A DNA stretch of 58,233 bases, the filler included, from Dugesia japonica (lineage: Eukaryota), in the NCBI GenBank assembly GCA_001938525.1. It is 4 parts of 4 records of this genome, joined end to end, with 100 filler letters (N's around TTAATTAATTAA, not from the genome) between each part and the next. Parts side by side here need not be neighbours in the genome. Positions count along the whole stretch, not along the records: positions 1 to 9,562 come from MQRL01574058.1; positions 9,663 to 37,029 come from MQRL01630142.1; 2 more parts are not named here. One strand, written 5' to 3'. Position numbers and translations under genes: made by a program. Numbering within the stretch: position 1 is the first letter of the stretch; each line of letters opens with the position of its first letter. The notes beneath the pieces were generated by a model, which worked only from the letters and a program-made list of their open reading frames with translations, had not been told where the DNA came from and did not search any database. Shown piece after piece: positions 1-12,560 of this stretch.

Positions 1-1232
1 ATTTTTTTTCGTCGGCTATATATATTTGAAATTAATAAAATTAATTAAAAATTAAATTCATTCTTAAATAATTAAAATCCTTTTTTATTAATATTTTAGA
101 TTTAATTACTGTTCTCGGAAATTTTTATATTTTAATTGTAACTTTTCTTTTTCATTTTTTTTAAAAATAATAAAATTTTCAAATTTATTTATTTCGATTA
201 TTTTACTTTATTTTAAAAAAAATGACTAAAAATAAATAATAATTTTCAATTGTTTTTAATTTTTAATTAAAAAATAGTTCTGATTAATATTTAATTATAA
301 TGTTCCAGTATTCAAAGAAAGTATTTTGTAGAAGATTTATTACTTTTTTTATTATATTTCTTTAGGACACTTTTATGGTTTATAAATTTTTCGTTTTGTG
401 TTTTGAATAAAATCTTGTTTGTTTCACGGATCTATTGTTCTGAAAATTCCTCATCTATTGTTTTCTAAAATAATCATTCGATTCATATTCATTTTTGGTG
501 GAAGTTTTGAAAATAATCGATAAAATTTTATTATTTTGGTCTATTTTATCATAGCTCTATCCTGTAAGATTTTTTATAAATTATAAAATTATTATAAAAA
601 TGTTCTCTTAGTGAATTTCTTAAACAAAATTTATATGTAAAGTTTCTTTAAATAAAAAAAGTATTTTCATGGACTTCCTGAAAAAAAGTTTCATCGAGAA
701 TTTCAATTTTTTACTAGAAATTAAATGAAAATCTTTTGGATCTACGCTTTATTATTTAATTTATTGAAAATTAAAATAAATTAAGTAGAAAAATTATTTT
801 AGAAATAATTCTAATTGTAAAATTTATTTCTAATTTTTTTTATTTTATTCAGACTACATTGGTGAGTTTATTTGAGAAGCGCAATAACCAATATTTGTCT
901 ATTGTTTTGCATCCTAAAGATTTTCTAAACCATAACTTCGTACTTAGATTTCAATAAATTTTCTATATTTTATACAATTTTTCTAACAAAATCACATCAT
1001 TAAATGTTTTCATTATTTCATTCAGATAATTGTCAAGATTTCCACTTTATTTTTATAAATTACATGTTCGTTTGTAAAAAATAAATTATTCAGACAATAA
1101 TTTATCAACAATATTTTAACAAGAACGTTATTTCATGTGATATCTTACAAATGTTCTAAAGTTTATTTGTTTTTATTTTTTCATTGATTATTGCCATTTA
1201 TTTATCGATTATTGTTATTATTATTATTATTA

Positions 1233-1790
1233 AGTAGGTAAATAGTAGCTCATTAGAACACCCTCTACCCCCAACAAAGTGTTCTGAAAATTTGATGTTT
1301 GGAAAATTACTGCTATTTGATTTGTTAATACATTTTAGTAGATAAAAATTTTGGAATTTTATTGATCAAAAATCGGCCTGGGAAGTTACAAATATCGAAT
1401 TTTTGATTTAAAATTTTCACTGCCAAAAATAGTCGTATGATTTCAATTTTGGTATCATTTGACTCGGAATAAAAAGTTGTCTATACATTGTCTATACATT
1501 GAACAATGATTTGTTCTCATTCAAGGAGTGTAGAACATTGGAACACTTATAATGATAATAGTTATAGTGATAGTTAAATAATAATATTTCTTAAGAAATT
1601 TTGATACTATTCGACTCAGAATAAAAAACTGACTAAACATTACCTAAGGATTATAATCGAAAAATATTTGGTTCTGGCTGGAAGAGGTGTAGCCCATCTG
1701 GAACACTTATAATGATAATATAATTGGAATTAGTCAATAGTATAATTGATAGCATAAAATTCACTTTATAAAAATCAATTGACTTTTAGA
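1233..1790. mobile_element. Possible Polinton-type terminal region with an imperfect ~150-bp-period duplication
   Basis: Starts AGTAGGTAAATAGTAGC, nearly identical to AGTAGGTAGATAGTGGC at 5210. Segments ~1448-1560 and ~1599-1720 are imperfect copies (GACTC.GAATAAAAA ... GGAACACTTATAATGATAATA). Confidence 0.3.
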
Positions 1791-1794
1791 TTCC

Positions 1795-2010
1795 TTTTTG
1801 GATACCTTAATCCAAAAGAAACCTGGTGAATTATTAACTATCCAATTATATATGAACTCGTTTCACAGTGGTTATATATTAACTTGGAGTAGTAATACTA
1901 TCATCAGACAAAAAATTGGAATAATCAAGAGTGAAAGAATAAGATCAGAAAGACTATCTTCTAACTTCCCTCAGACTGATATAAACTAAATTCCTAAATA
2001 ATGGTTTTTC
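1795..2010 (+). mobile_element. Penelope-like retroelement fragment (RT C-terminal part)
   Basis: Reverse complement aligns by eye with 52915-53100. Peptide FHSGYILTWSS...IIKSERIRSERLSS. Confidence 0.7.
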
Positions 2011-2029
2011 AGTCTTCAACAAATTGGAT

Positions 2030-2978
2030 TAAATAACCGTTATCCTCGCGTATATTGATTTCTATATTGTTTATACATGAAGTGGCAACTGGTAGATACA
2101 TTAGATTTTTGACTATTATCTGAGCTACATGATCATCTTCATAAGTCTCCAACCATATTGATTTCAACAAAGGAACACTAACATCGCCAACAATAACAGG
2201 TTCAACAATATTACTATATATGAATATTTAATGATGATAGTTCAACAATTTCGGTTTTTAAGGTGCAATGAATTCAATAGTTTCTAGAGTAGTAGTTATT
2301 TTGGTCTGTAACTACTTTTGTTTCACTAATCCAAGTGGTTTTGTTAGGATTCTATCAAATTTTGCCCTTTTAACAATATCCAACAGCGACAATCAAAATG
2401 GTTCATCGGTTTTTGGATAAAGCGTTTTAAATATATTATAACAATTTTCCATAAAATANNNNNNNNNNNNNNNNNNNNNNNNNNNNNNNNNNNNNNNNNN
2501 NNNNNNNNNNNNNNNNNNNNNNNNNNNNNNNNNNNNNNNNNNNNNNNNNNNNNNNNNNNNNNNNNNNNNNNNNNNNNNNNNTTGAAATGTTATAATTGAA
2601 TCTGTATCTATATCATTCCTTAAAGCAGTGAATCAAAATCGTTTTGCATCTTCAAGATTCTCAAATTTTAATTCATTATCATTATGTATCAATATAATAT
2701 GCATGTATTCTTTTTCATATATTTGAATAAAATTGTGATCACTAGTACTCAATCTTTTTCTTTATTTTCAATTGCAACAACTACTTACTGCCATGAATCG
2801 TTTCCTGTGACGTATTCAGATATATAAAGGTGAGATCCATCAAAGCTCCTTCCCAACTTCCAACTAAATGCATATGAATTTGAAGCTTTACAATGAAACT
2901 ACTAGCTTTATTATCTGGATGAATAAGTGGACAACCATTACTCGGTAAAAGTGTATGTAAACTATTCGTTGTATTCAT
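2030..2978 (-). pseudogene. Polinton/Maverick minor capsid (penton) remnant
   Basis: N-terminus LPSNGCPLIHPDNKASSFIVKL...GSWEGAL (ORF 2781-2978). C-terminus IYSNIVEPVIVGDVSVPLLK...YLPVATSCINNIEINIREDNG (~2035-2220). Both match the Polinton penton pattern; broken by frameshifts and an N gap. Confidence 0.8.
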
Positions 2979-2989
2979 TTAACTAATTG

Positions 2990-3075
2990 AGGTGCCACTT
3001 TACATAGTATTGTTTATATTTCCCAGTTCCTTTTGATCTGATAGTTCTTTCTATTCTACATACTTTTTGTGGTGA
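2990..3075 (-). pseudogene. Chromodomain-like remnant, possibly Polinton integrase C-terminus
   Basis: KVCRIERTIRSKGTGKYKQYYV resembles the chromodomain start (IEKILxxxGxGxxxxYxVKW) and lies just upstream of the penton. Confidence 0.4.
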
Positions 3076-3454
3076 AATCACTTGAGTAGGTGGATTGACA
3101 CACACTGGGCCACCTGTGAATGAAATGTATTCTATTATATAATCCTTGCAGACAGAAGAAATATGGCAATTAACCTATTACATAATCCCATTCATTGTAG
3201 TTGATATAAAATCAAACAACACATATCTGCTACATTTCATATTACTGTTATTATTAGTATTATTATTATTGTGAATAAATTTAATGAGTCATTTAACTTT
3301 TATAAAAACAAAAATTAATATTTCTTTACTTGTTATAAACATATTCATAATCAATAAATAAAACAATAAAAAATATGTAACATTTATTTCAGCATATAAA
3401 GACAAAATCACAATACATTGAAAAATAATAATAGTTTCTTCTTTTTCTTCTTCT

Positions 3455-4085
3455 TTTACTCAAATCTAGAACCACCTGACCAATATATTTTGGTATCTTT
3501 TCTAGCAATACAGCCTTGAGTCCTTCTGTGATATCCGATGTTTTCTTAAATGTAACTTTCCTTTTGTAAGTTACAAATTTTTTTTCATTGTTACATAGCC
3601 AAAAATCTATGCAACTCTTTAAATTCTCTACTGTTTTAACATATAACGCATTGTTTAATAGTTTGTAAAAGTCTTTTTCAAATTTAGACTTTGATTCTGC
3701 CCTTCTCGCTGAATTTGCATTAATGTAATTTGCAAATATTTTAGTTTGTTTGAACTAGATTATTCTATGTACTGCAGTCACATAAGTTCCGAGCATTATA
3801 TAATTCTAATAATCTCCAATATATGATATAATTTTGTTTTCGTTCATGTTTCATCAACAGCTCTTAACCTTTGATCCAGGAGGACATTTATGTTCTTGCA
3901 CCAAAAGTAATTGATCTAATCTATCATGATGTTTGATAGGTATTTCAAGATATATTTCAAGCAGGTACCCAATCTCACTAATGTTATTGGCGAACATCTT
4001 CTGGTATGTTTCTTCTATCTGATCTTCTGACATAAATTCAAAATCTTTATATGGTAAAAACTGTGTTAAGGCCCAATCATATAGA
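3455..4085 (-). pseudogene. Polinton protein-primed family B DNA polymerase fragment
   Basis: YDWALTQFLPYKDF...GYLLEIYLEIP..HHD; FEKDFYKLLNNALYVKTVEN (KLxxNxxYGK motif); PKYIGQVVLDLSK. Contains stops and frameshifts. Confidence 0.85.
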
Positions 4086-4086
4086 T

Positions 4087-5209
4087 CAGGGATGCAAAAC
4101 TTTTTATGATCGAGAACCTAATTTTTGCTTTAAATTTTTATGAGGGCTAAGATTTATATATTATGCACTTCATAAATATAAACGTGTTTTATTGAAGAAT
4201 AAAACAAACATATAATTGATCCTTCATATAGAAATTTAATTTAACGGATAAAATTTTTTAATTATTATTTTTTACGGCCAAGAACGCCACAATATCTAAA
4301 TATTTTGGTTTTAATAAGATTGCTGTGATCGAATTTTTTTAACTATTTTTATCAATATCTGGTTCTAATTCGGTAGTAGCGATCATCAAAATATTCATGA
4401 GATTGTTATCACGGAGATTTGATCTCAGACCATTCTTATTTAAGTTCATTATTGAAAACGTTTGCTTACATAAGTATGTACTTCGAAACGTTGAAAATAG
4501 CTGTAGTGCCAAATCTTTAATTTTAAAAGATTTTTTTGACAAAGATTTTGGAAGAATGCTTAAATGTCGTTTTTTTGAAATGCTACTTTCACTTCAGATG
4601 AACACTGAAGATCAATGACTTTTAATTGATATTCGTTAGGAATGTTTTTACGGTGGAATGAAAGGGGTTAAACATGAAATTAAAAAACTTTTTCTTTTCT
4701 TCAAAGTCTTGAAATCGATTCTTAAATTCAATGGTTAATGCTTTAAAAGTCTCTTGATATTTGGAAAACTCACATTGGTATTCTTGTTGAAAGAGTATGG
4801 ATGTTTGGAAAGGAACAAAAATATCAGATTTTAAATGTGATTGAAAAAGTTTAAGTTTTAATTGAAAAGCTGTCAACTCTTGAGACATATAAAAAACAAA
4901 ATGATCTTTACCTTGGAGTCGCTTATTAAACGTATTTAAGTGTCCCATAATGTCTGTAAGAAAAGCCAAATCAGACAACCAGGTTTTATCATCAAACAAT
5001 GTTGTTTCTCTACCTATTTTCATTTAATAAAATCGCGAATTTCAGAACGTAATGCAACAAATCCTTTCAAAACCTTATCTCGGCTCAAGTACCTAACATC
5101 TGTGTGATAGAGAGTATTATAATAATCAGCAATGTTTTCTTCAAGAAACGATAACTGTAGGTGGTTGAGGACCTTAAAACGAATAAAATTTACTGTGTTA
5201 AAAACATAT
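4087..5209 (-). mobile_element. hAT (Buster/Charlie, GTF2IRD2-like) transposon 3' part, degenerate
   Basis: TIR-like CAGGGATGCAAAACTTTTT at 4087. ORF pieces YHTDVRYLSRDKVL, WLSDLAFLTDIMGHLNTFNKRLQG, FRSTYLCKQTFSIMN. Confidence 0.85.
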
Positions 5210-6540
5210 AGTAGGTAGATAGTGGCGCCACGGCACAATTTTTTTAGCGCAATTTGATATCCCCCTTCCCCCATCTCCCCCAGGTGTGGGGGGCTCGGAA
5301 ACTGCTTGCGATTGTGCTATGATTTTTGTGGGATGATTTTTTGTGTAGTTTTTTTTTCTAAGATTTTGGGAATCAAAAAATTTTTGATCGGATCATGTTT
5401 TGTATCCTGAGTGTGTGTATTTTTAATTTTTAAAATTAATGTGTTTGGGTTGTTAAGGGGGTTTATTTAAAGTAGGTCAAGTTGACTTTGGGTGTGTGTG
5501 AAAGAAGGAAATTGGACTCGATGGAGAGCTGGAGATCTTGGAAATAATCTTTGAAAAGAAGATTTGGTTTTGAAGATTTGGTGATAATTCGACAAAAATA
5601 TTGTCTATTTATTGTTTAAAGGACTTATGGTGTGTGGTGGATCGTTTTTCCTAGAAGGGGAATGGCGCCAAGGCACTGTCGTATGAGTTATCGTATGATG
5701 ATTTTTGGGAGGGTGTATGTTTGTAGGAGGTTGTTAGATTTTGTTAGTTGATAGGTTGATGGAAAGTTAATGTGATTGGGAAGATGGTGACTGTCAAATG
5801 TGCTATTATTTTTGATTTTAAGTGCTTGAATTTGATTGGTTGGTTTTTGTATGTAGTATAAGTGCGTTTAAAATTTTTTCGGGAAGTGGAAAATGTTATG
5901 GATAGAAAGAGAATTAATTATCGGATTTAATAAGATTTATTTGAAATTTTTCTGTTGGGAGTGTATAAAGTAATAATTTTTTGAAATCTTTATTTTGTGT
6001 AAAAATGCTGTATTTTGCTCAAAATGATGAATTAGTTGAAAATAATGGTATTTTTGTAAAAAAAATGATGTATTTTTGAGTATTTTTTAGTATTTTTTGT
6101 ATTTTCTTTGAGGAGTGTTTTTGCTATTTGTTTTGAGGAAGAGGGTAGTTTTGATATTTTTGGAGGGAAATTTTTTTGGCGGGAAATTTAAAAATTTATT
6201 TTTAAATAGGGGTAAATTTATTTTGAGAAGACTTTATATTTTTGTATGAGATAGGGCAGTTTTGATATTTAGCATTGGGATTCTATATTTTACATGTTAT
6301 TGATAGTCTCTATATTTTACATGGTATGGACAGTCTCTATATATTAAATGGTATGGGCAGCTTCTATATTTTTCATGGTATGGGTTGCCTCTTTAATTTG
6401 AATGGCATGAAGAGTTTATATATTTTGCATGGTATGAGGGAGTCTCTAGGATATGGGAGACTCTAAGATGGGGCAGTCTCTATTTTTTGCATGGTATGGG
6501 GGAATTTGTAGGATGGTGGAGACTTCAAAGAAGGAGTCTT
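5210..6540. mobile_element. Probable Polinton terminal/subterminal region truncating the hAT
   Basis: Transposase homology stops abruptly at AGTAGGTAGATAGTGGCGCCACGGCAC. Internal repeat TGGCGCCAAGGCAC (~5663), TTTTGGCGGGAAA (~6174), a tandem array, then Polinton genes. Confidence 0.5.
6236..6500. repeat. 27-bp tandem repeat (TATATTTTACATGGTATGGACAGTCTC), about 8 degenerate copies
   Basis: Seen directly; explains the 9-aa periodicity of ORF 6275-6466. Confidence 0.85.
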
Positions 6541-6879
6541 TGTGATATTTACATTATAAATATTCAAATTAAAACTTTTCTTACACAATGATAAAAACAT
6601 ATTGGTAATGCAATTTTCTTATAAAAAACATATTGATGATACAATTTTCCAAAATAAAATATGGTCTTGTTGCAACTCCTTTCAGTATTAGTTTGTTCAG
6701 ACGGTTTCGCTTTTTGAGTTTTTTGTTGTTTTCCTTAGTTTTCTAATCATTAGAATCCTTTTGGAATTTTTGGGTCTGTCCATATGGTTTCCACAACAAC
6801 AGGTTGAGATGGATTTAAGGTAAATATGTTACAAAGATTCTAAATTATCCATTTTTTAGATTAACTTTGTTAATCTTAA

Positions 6880-7170
6880 TGATGCAAATGTTATTAGTAG
6901 TAATGCTGCAAGAAATTCACCTGTTTTTTACATTATTTTTTATCCTTAATTTATTTCTTAGTATTAACAAGTGAAACCAACGATCTTTTATGACATTGAA
7001 TTGCCAACCTTTTCTCTTTGCTTAAAATTACATTACCCCGAAAAATATTTACAACAACTTATAATAAATCATCAATAACAAACTTTGGAAATACCTGTAA
7101 CATTTTCATTGTCGACTCTTGTGGAGCTTTTAACAATAATTTTAAAAAATGGAAGACTTTTTGAAATGAC
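6880..7170 (-). pseudogene. Conserved small Polinton protein remnant (N.hxGNV ... GxFL type)
   Basis: LKLLLKAP...VIDDLL*VVVNIFRGNVILSKEKRLAIQCHKRSL...TGEFLAALL; lies downstream of the ATPase. Confidence 0.55.
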
Positions 7171-7599
7171 AAAATTTATTAATTAACACACTTATAGATT
7201 GTTTATAGCTTTATCCATTTCTCAGTTGATTGAATCTTTATCTTTTCATTCTTTTTTGCAATCTTTNNNNNNNNNNNNNNNNNNNNNNNNNNNNNNNNNN
7301 NNNNNNNNNNNNNNNNNNNNNNNNNNNNNNNNNTTTTTAGCAATCTTTGATAATTTCTTTGATTTTTTTCTTGATTGAATCTTTATAGACTTTTTATTGC
7401 TTTCTTAATGGACTTTTTTATTGCATTCTTTATTGAATTAATATCATTTAGAATACTTACATCATTGTTGATTTGATTGTTGATTTCTTCAACCTTCTTT
7501 CTTAGATAAATCCTTTTTGGATCAACTAAAACTTTAGTAAATTTAGACATTTGAAAATATTTCAACTTACCTTTATTGATTATATACTGCAAAACCTTT

Positions 7600-8183
7600 T
7601 GAATTGAAAATAGCAGTTTGAACTCTTAAATAATCTGGACATTGAATCAAGGAAAATAAATCCATGTGGTTTTGCTGTTGTATCTTTAAATGAATCTAAC
7701 AGAAATTGTCTATTATTTGAATACGTTTGTTTCGCTAGAGAATCAACAACCGTTTTATNTCTTAGAGTTTTGAATATAAGTAAGTATTGTATATTTAAAC
7801 CACGAGGTCTATGATCACCACCTCGACAAAATAGATTTTATGTAATAAATATCACAGTAACACAACAAAATCTCGATATCTTTGTGAATAAATTATAAAT
7901 CTTTTTCCTTGTTTGCTAACTGATACAGATCATTAACAACAAAAACATCATCTTTAGTTGATCTCTTGCTCTAATTTTCATTGAATCCATTTATAATTGT
8001 CACTTTTATACCACTGAATTCAGATTAAGTCAATCCATGCTCCTTAGCTGCTCTTCTATGCCAATATTTTTTCTTGAATTTTGACTTGAATAAATTTGAT
8101 TACAACAATTCGCATACAAACATAATTTTTTCACTGCCACTAGGAACAACAATTCGATAGACCACATCATTTCTGAATTCCAT
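7600..8183 (-). pseudogene. Polinton A32/FtsK-like packaging ATPase remnant
   Basis: Decayed Walker A VPSGSEK and Walker B VFVVNDL; NLFTKISR..VTVIFIT*NLF; LNIQYLLIFK; LAKQTY; FKDTTAKPHGFIFLD. Confidence 0.85.
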
Positions 8184-8512
8184 TATAACTCATGTTTGTT
8201 TTTATAACTCACTTTAATTATTATTGCTTATACATGTATAAATATCCTTTTTAATAGTTTTAGTAATTTTGTTTGTTTCGTGGATATATTTTAATTTTAG
8301 TTGGCAAATGTCATACAAATCAATCGCGGGAACATCATGTACACTAGGATTGAATCTTTTATAAATAAAAGTTTGATAAATTGACTTTGTTTTATTTTGT
8401 ATTTGTTTTTAAACATTTTTTATAAAACGTCATAACTAAATAAAAGTAATAAAAACAAAAGTTATATAAATAATACTATAACAAATGAGATATGTCAGAT
8501 AATAAAATTTAT

Positions 8513-8920
8513 TCAAGAAATCAATTTTTTGATTGATTTTATTTTCCAAATAGGTTTGAAATGCTTTTCTATTTTCACGTATACAGATATCTCCACAGAG
8601 ATGTTGCATTTGCCAGCATAGGCATCACCATCGTCTTCCGTCGAACTGATAAAGCAGACATCTTCTATTTTCATTAAGCCATTGATTTTAGCAAATAGAT
8701 TATTTAACATTTGTTGATCATTCGTTCTTATTTCAGAAACGAGCATCCCAAAAATGCATCTCTTTAGCTTGACTGGATCCTGAATCAAAACATCAATAGT
8801 AGTTGATGATGAATAAAATTGTACTTGAAATGTATATATTAATAATTTTCTATAGAAAATTATATCATATTTTTTTATGTTTTTGTGTTTTTCCGCATTT
8901 GATTTCAATAGTTGAAGCAT
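8513..8920 (-). CDS. Hypothetical protein, possible Polinton accessory ORF
   Basis: 135-codon open frame in very AT-rich DNA, co-oriented upstream of the ATPase; no recognised motif. Confidence 0.3.
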   Translation of the reverse strand: MLQLLKSNAEKHKNIKKYDIIFYRKLLIYTFQVQFYSSSTTIDVLIQDPVKLKRCIFGMLVSEIRTNDQQMLNNLFAKINGLMKIEDVCFISSTEDDGDAYAGKCNISVEISVYVKIEKHFKPIWKIKSIKKLIS

Positions 8921-9562
8921 TTTCTTTTATAACTTACATTTTTTTAAAAATGAATAAAAGTGACGATTTGTATAAACGTTTGGAAGAAATCTATGCAATT
9001 ATAATTATATTACAGAAAAACAAATGATTCTAGAACATTCTAATAAATATTTAAATTAATCTATTTAAAATGAAATATTTCTTGAAGGATAGTGGTTTGT
9101 TTATTACGGGATCATTGCGGAAATATTTGAAAGATCATGATCGGAATTTTTTTGGTAAAGAATTTTTAATTAATAATCTTATTAATAATGATATTTTTAG
9201 GTATTTTAAAAGAAGTACTAGAAGATGAAATTCTAGATTTAAAGGAAAAATCAAAATGTTATGTACAAAAAGAATATTGAGAGAATGTGAGCAAACACAC
9301 GAACTTAGATATGGACAAAATACTGTTANAGTTTTATGACGTGATTGATAATAGACGTGAATGTAGCTATTTCTGCTATGATGTATTCAAAACTATAATT
9401 GGAAAGGAAATGTCATATACAGAATCTGAAAAAGAAAAAATAAATTTTAGTTTGAAATTAGTTGCGTTTTTATTTGTTGTATATTAATTTAATTTTGTTA
9501 TTTATTTATTCTAATGTTTATATCGCGTAGATATGTTGATAAGTAAATTATTTGTTTCTCTT

Positions 9563-9662
9563 NNNNNNNNNNNNNNNNNNNNNNNNNNNNNNNNNNNNNN
9601 NNNNNNTTAATTAATTAANNNNNNNNNNNNNNNNNNNNNNNNNNNNNNNNNNNNNNNNNNNN
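9563..9662. other. Artificial contig linker
   Basis: N44-TTAATTAATTAA-N44, 100 nt, stops in all six frames. Confidence 0.95.
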
Positions 9663-10495
9663 TGAGGTATTGAAATCCCAAAAAAATTATTAATTTTATT
9701 ATTTAATGAATTTTTGTTTTTTAGCTTTTTGTTTCATATATTTTGTAAAAATAATTTTATTATATTAATAAGCAAATTATTCAAATAAAGCTACAAAAAT
9801 TTAGATGTACATAAATATTTTAATCAATTCAATTTCATCTCAAATATATTGAGACTTTTTAAATTTTTTGGTTTAAATATTTAAAAATAATTTCTCTTCA
9901 TTTTCAAACGGTTGTCGACCCTGTTTTGGAATAACATTCTTATATGAGAATTTTTCCATAAATTTGAAAAATTTCCATTGAAATATCAAATATTAACAAT
10001 GATAGAACGATATTACTATTAAATTCCGAATTTTAAAAAAACTAAAGATTTTAAAATAATCTGCCAAAAAATAACCTAAAAAAATTACGACTCGCTTATT
10101 TGGCAAATTAAAAACAAAACTTATTAAATTTAACAATAAATGTAGAGATAATAATTTCAGTGAATAATTGTTGGCATTAATAACATCAATGAGAAATTTT
10201 AGCCCGAGAAATAATTATATTGATCAATACATTAATAATACAAAAACAAATCATTAATCATAAATAAAATTTAAATTAGCACTTCTAAAATATTTTTTTA
10301 CAGTTGCTTATATGAAAATTGTAATGTTTGGTTAATATACCAAATATACGATTTCCAAAAAATAAACGTCCTTGAATAATTAATGATTGTGTTTCAAATA
10401 TTGAATTATGTATGAGTTTCTTATGAAAAACAATAAAAACCTATCAATCAAAATCTTAGCGAAAATAAATTCCTGAATTCATTTGTGTTATCACA

Positions 10496-10889
10496 ATATC
10501 CTTCTCAAAAAGATTAATATTTTCTAACAATTCATGAATTTCGTAAATACGATATTAAGTAACGAAAAAATTATTGGATAGAATTACAAAATTTAAAGCC
10601 TTGATATACAAACTATGACCCGCCTGCTTTAATTTTTGGCCCTTGAAACGTCTAATAAAATACCCAANNNNNNNNNNNNNNNNNNNNNNNNNNNNNNNNN
10701 NNNNNNNNNNNNNNNNNATATCCTTCTCAAAAAGATTAATGTTTTCTAACAATTCATGAATTTCGTAAATACGATATTAAGTAACGAAAAAATTATTGGA
10801 TAGAATTACAAAATGTAAAGCCTTGATATACAAACTATGACCCGCCTGCTTTAATTTTTGGCCCTTGAAACGTCTAATAAAATACCCAA
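10496..10889. repeat. 172-bp direct duplication flanking an N gap, likely an assembly artefact
   Basis: 10496-10667 and 10718-10889 are identical apart from two substitutions I could see. Confidence 0.75.
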
Positions 10890-11290
10890 TTTTTCACAAA
10901 ATTACTGAATCAACGAAAAAAAATTATTTTACATAGTTTTCTTTTAACATGCGCTGTAAAAATCCGATTTTTTGTATTGTTCAACCATTTTATTCCATAT
11001 ATTCATATAAAGTTAGAAGAAAATTTTCAAACGTTTCTCTGGAAACTTATCCAATAAAAGTGTTTTAATAATTCGTGTAATCATGATTTCGGTTCTTAAT
11101 AATATTACTGTCTGGAGTCTTTAGAATTCGTAATCAATATTTAAAAAATCAAAATATTAATTNNNNNNNNNNNNNNNNNNNNNNNNNNNNNNATTTCTAT
11201 CATCATTATATACTTGAGGGGATTAGGATGCCAGATTTTACCCGTATAATTATTTAATAAGTATAATTATTTAAATAGTCGTTTTTTTCT

Positions 11291-11565
11291 CTTGTCGGTT
11301 ATTGAAAAATCCCAATAAAGTGACTTAACAATATACACGACGGAGAAGGAAATCTCATAATCAGTCATAAACTTCATATAAAATCATTTCCTCAATTTCA
11401 ACTACGAGCTTTTTAACTGCAACANNNNNNNNNNNNNNNNNNNNNNNNNNNNNNNNNNNNNNNNNNNNNNNNNGACTTGCCCTCCAATTGATACTTGATA
11501 AAGTATTTAAAATATTCTCATTGCAATTATGAAACCACTAGGGCCCGTATTGTTATTTATTGTCA
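11291..11565 (-). pseudogene. 18S rRNA fragment (V3-V4 region)
   Basis: Minus strand reads TGACAATAAATAACAATACGGGCCC...CAATTGGAGGGCAAGTC-[49 N]-TGTTGCAGTTAAAAAGCTCGTAGTTG. Confidence 0.9.
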
Positions 11566-11959
11566 ATAAATTAAGATTTAGTGTTTATTTCTAGAAACGT
11601 GATAAAACAAGCACCTACATATTTTTTCTCACTATAAACTTTAAACCAAGTAAAAACAGAGTCCAATATTTTTTTTGGAATGGCGTAAAAACATAATTAG
11701 GTATGCATAATATGGTACATTTTAAATTATCAAAATTACCCACAATTTACTTGATTTAGTGATTAAAATGAATCATAAATTAATTAATTGTCGGCAATTA
11801 ATTGTACAGTAAAAANAAACTAGAAATTAAAACCAATCAAAAGTAGAATTACTCACACTTTTTTGTGCCTTGTCCACTAAATATGTCAACAAAATCGGAA
11901 CAGGCAAGATGTTTGAAGTTTAACAATTTTTGACAAGCGGGTGGAGAATATCCAAGATA

Positions 11960-12560
11960 AACTACATTTATCACCTTTAATAATATTTCTTATTGTGAAG
12001 TGTGGAAATGTAGCTCGTTCCTAATGTTTTCCATGTTATATGTCGTTCTGATGAAATTTTATGTTGGTGTTAAAGCATTTGAAGATTTCACTTTCATTTT
12101 GTTTCAGATGTTCCTTATTTTTTGTTCGGATGGTTCTGCATGTTTCACTTATAAATGTTTCTTGGCAAATGGTGCATGTTATTTTATAAGTGACATTTTT
12201 CTTATTGCATATTGAATTTCTACCATCACAAAGGTTTCTGTAATTGGATGCACAAAGGTGATTGAGTTCTGAATATAACTCTTGGATTGTGTTTGAGTTT
12301 CGATTTTTTAATTATATTTTGCATAATTGAACTACATTTCTCATTGATAAAACGTAATTTAATTATTGTGTTTGTTTTTTGTTTGATTTTATTAAATTTT
12401 GTATTCGAGGATAAATTATAATTAGATATAATTTTATTTGAGTAGCTTTAATTTAGGAATTAATTATTTATCAACTTGAGGGAAATCAATTTCATTTCTT
12501 CATTTGAAGATAGTCTTTAAGCTCGAATTCGTCCACTCTTGGTTATATTGTTAAATTCTG
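11960..12560 (-). mobile_element. Penelope-like fragment (GIY-YIG endonuclease end)
   Basis: ITCTICQETFISETCRTIRTKNKEHLKQ; similar to the copies at 34650 and 52525. Confidence 0.8.

Noticed and set aside
6275-6466. ORF with a 9-aa repeat, and a CRISPR-like appearance
   Set aside because: It is a translation of a 27-bp tandem array with no unique spacers, in eukaryotic DNA.
10496-10889. Tandem duplication as a real feature
   Set aside because: Near-identical copies directly flank a gap, typical of an unmerged haplotype overlap.
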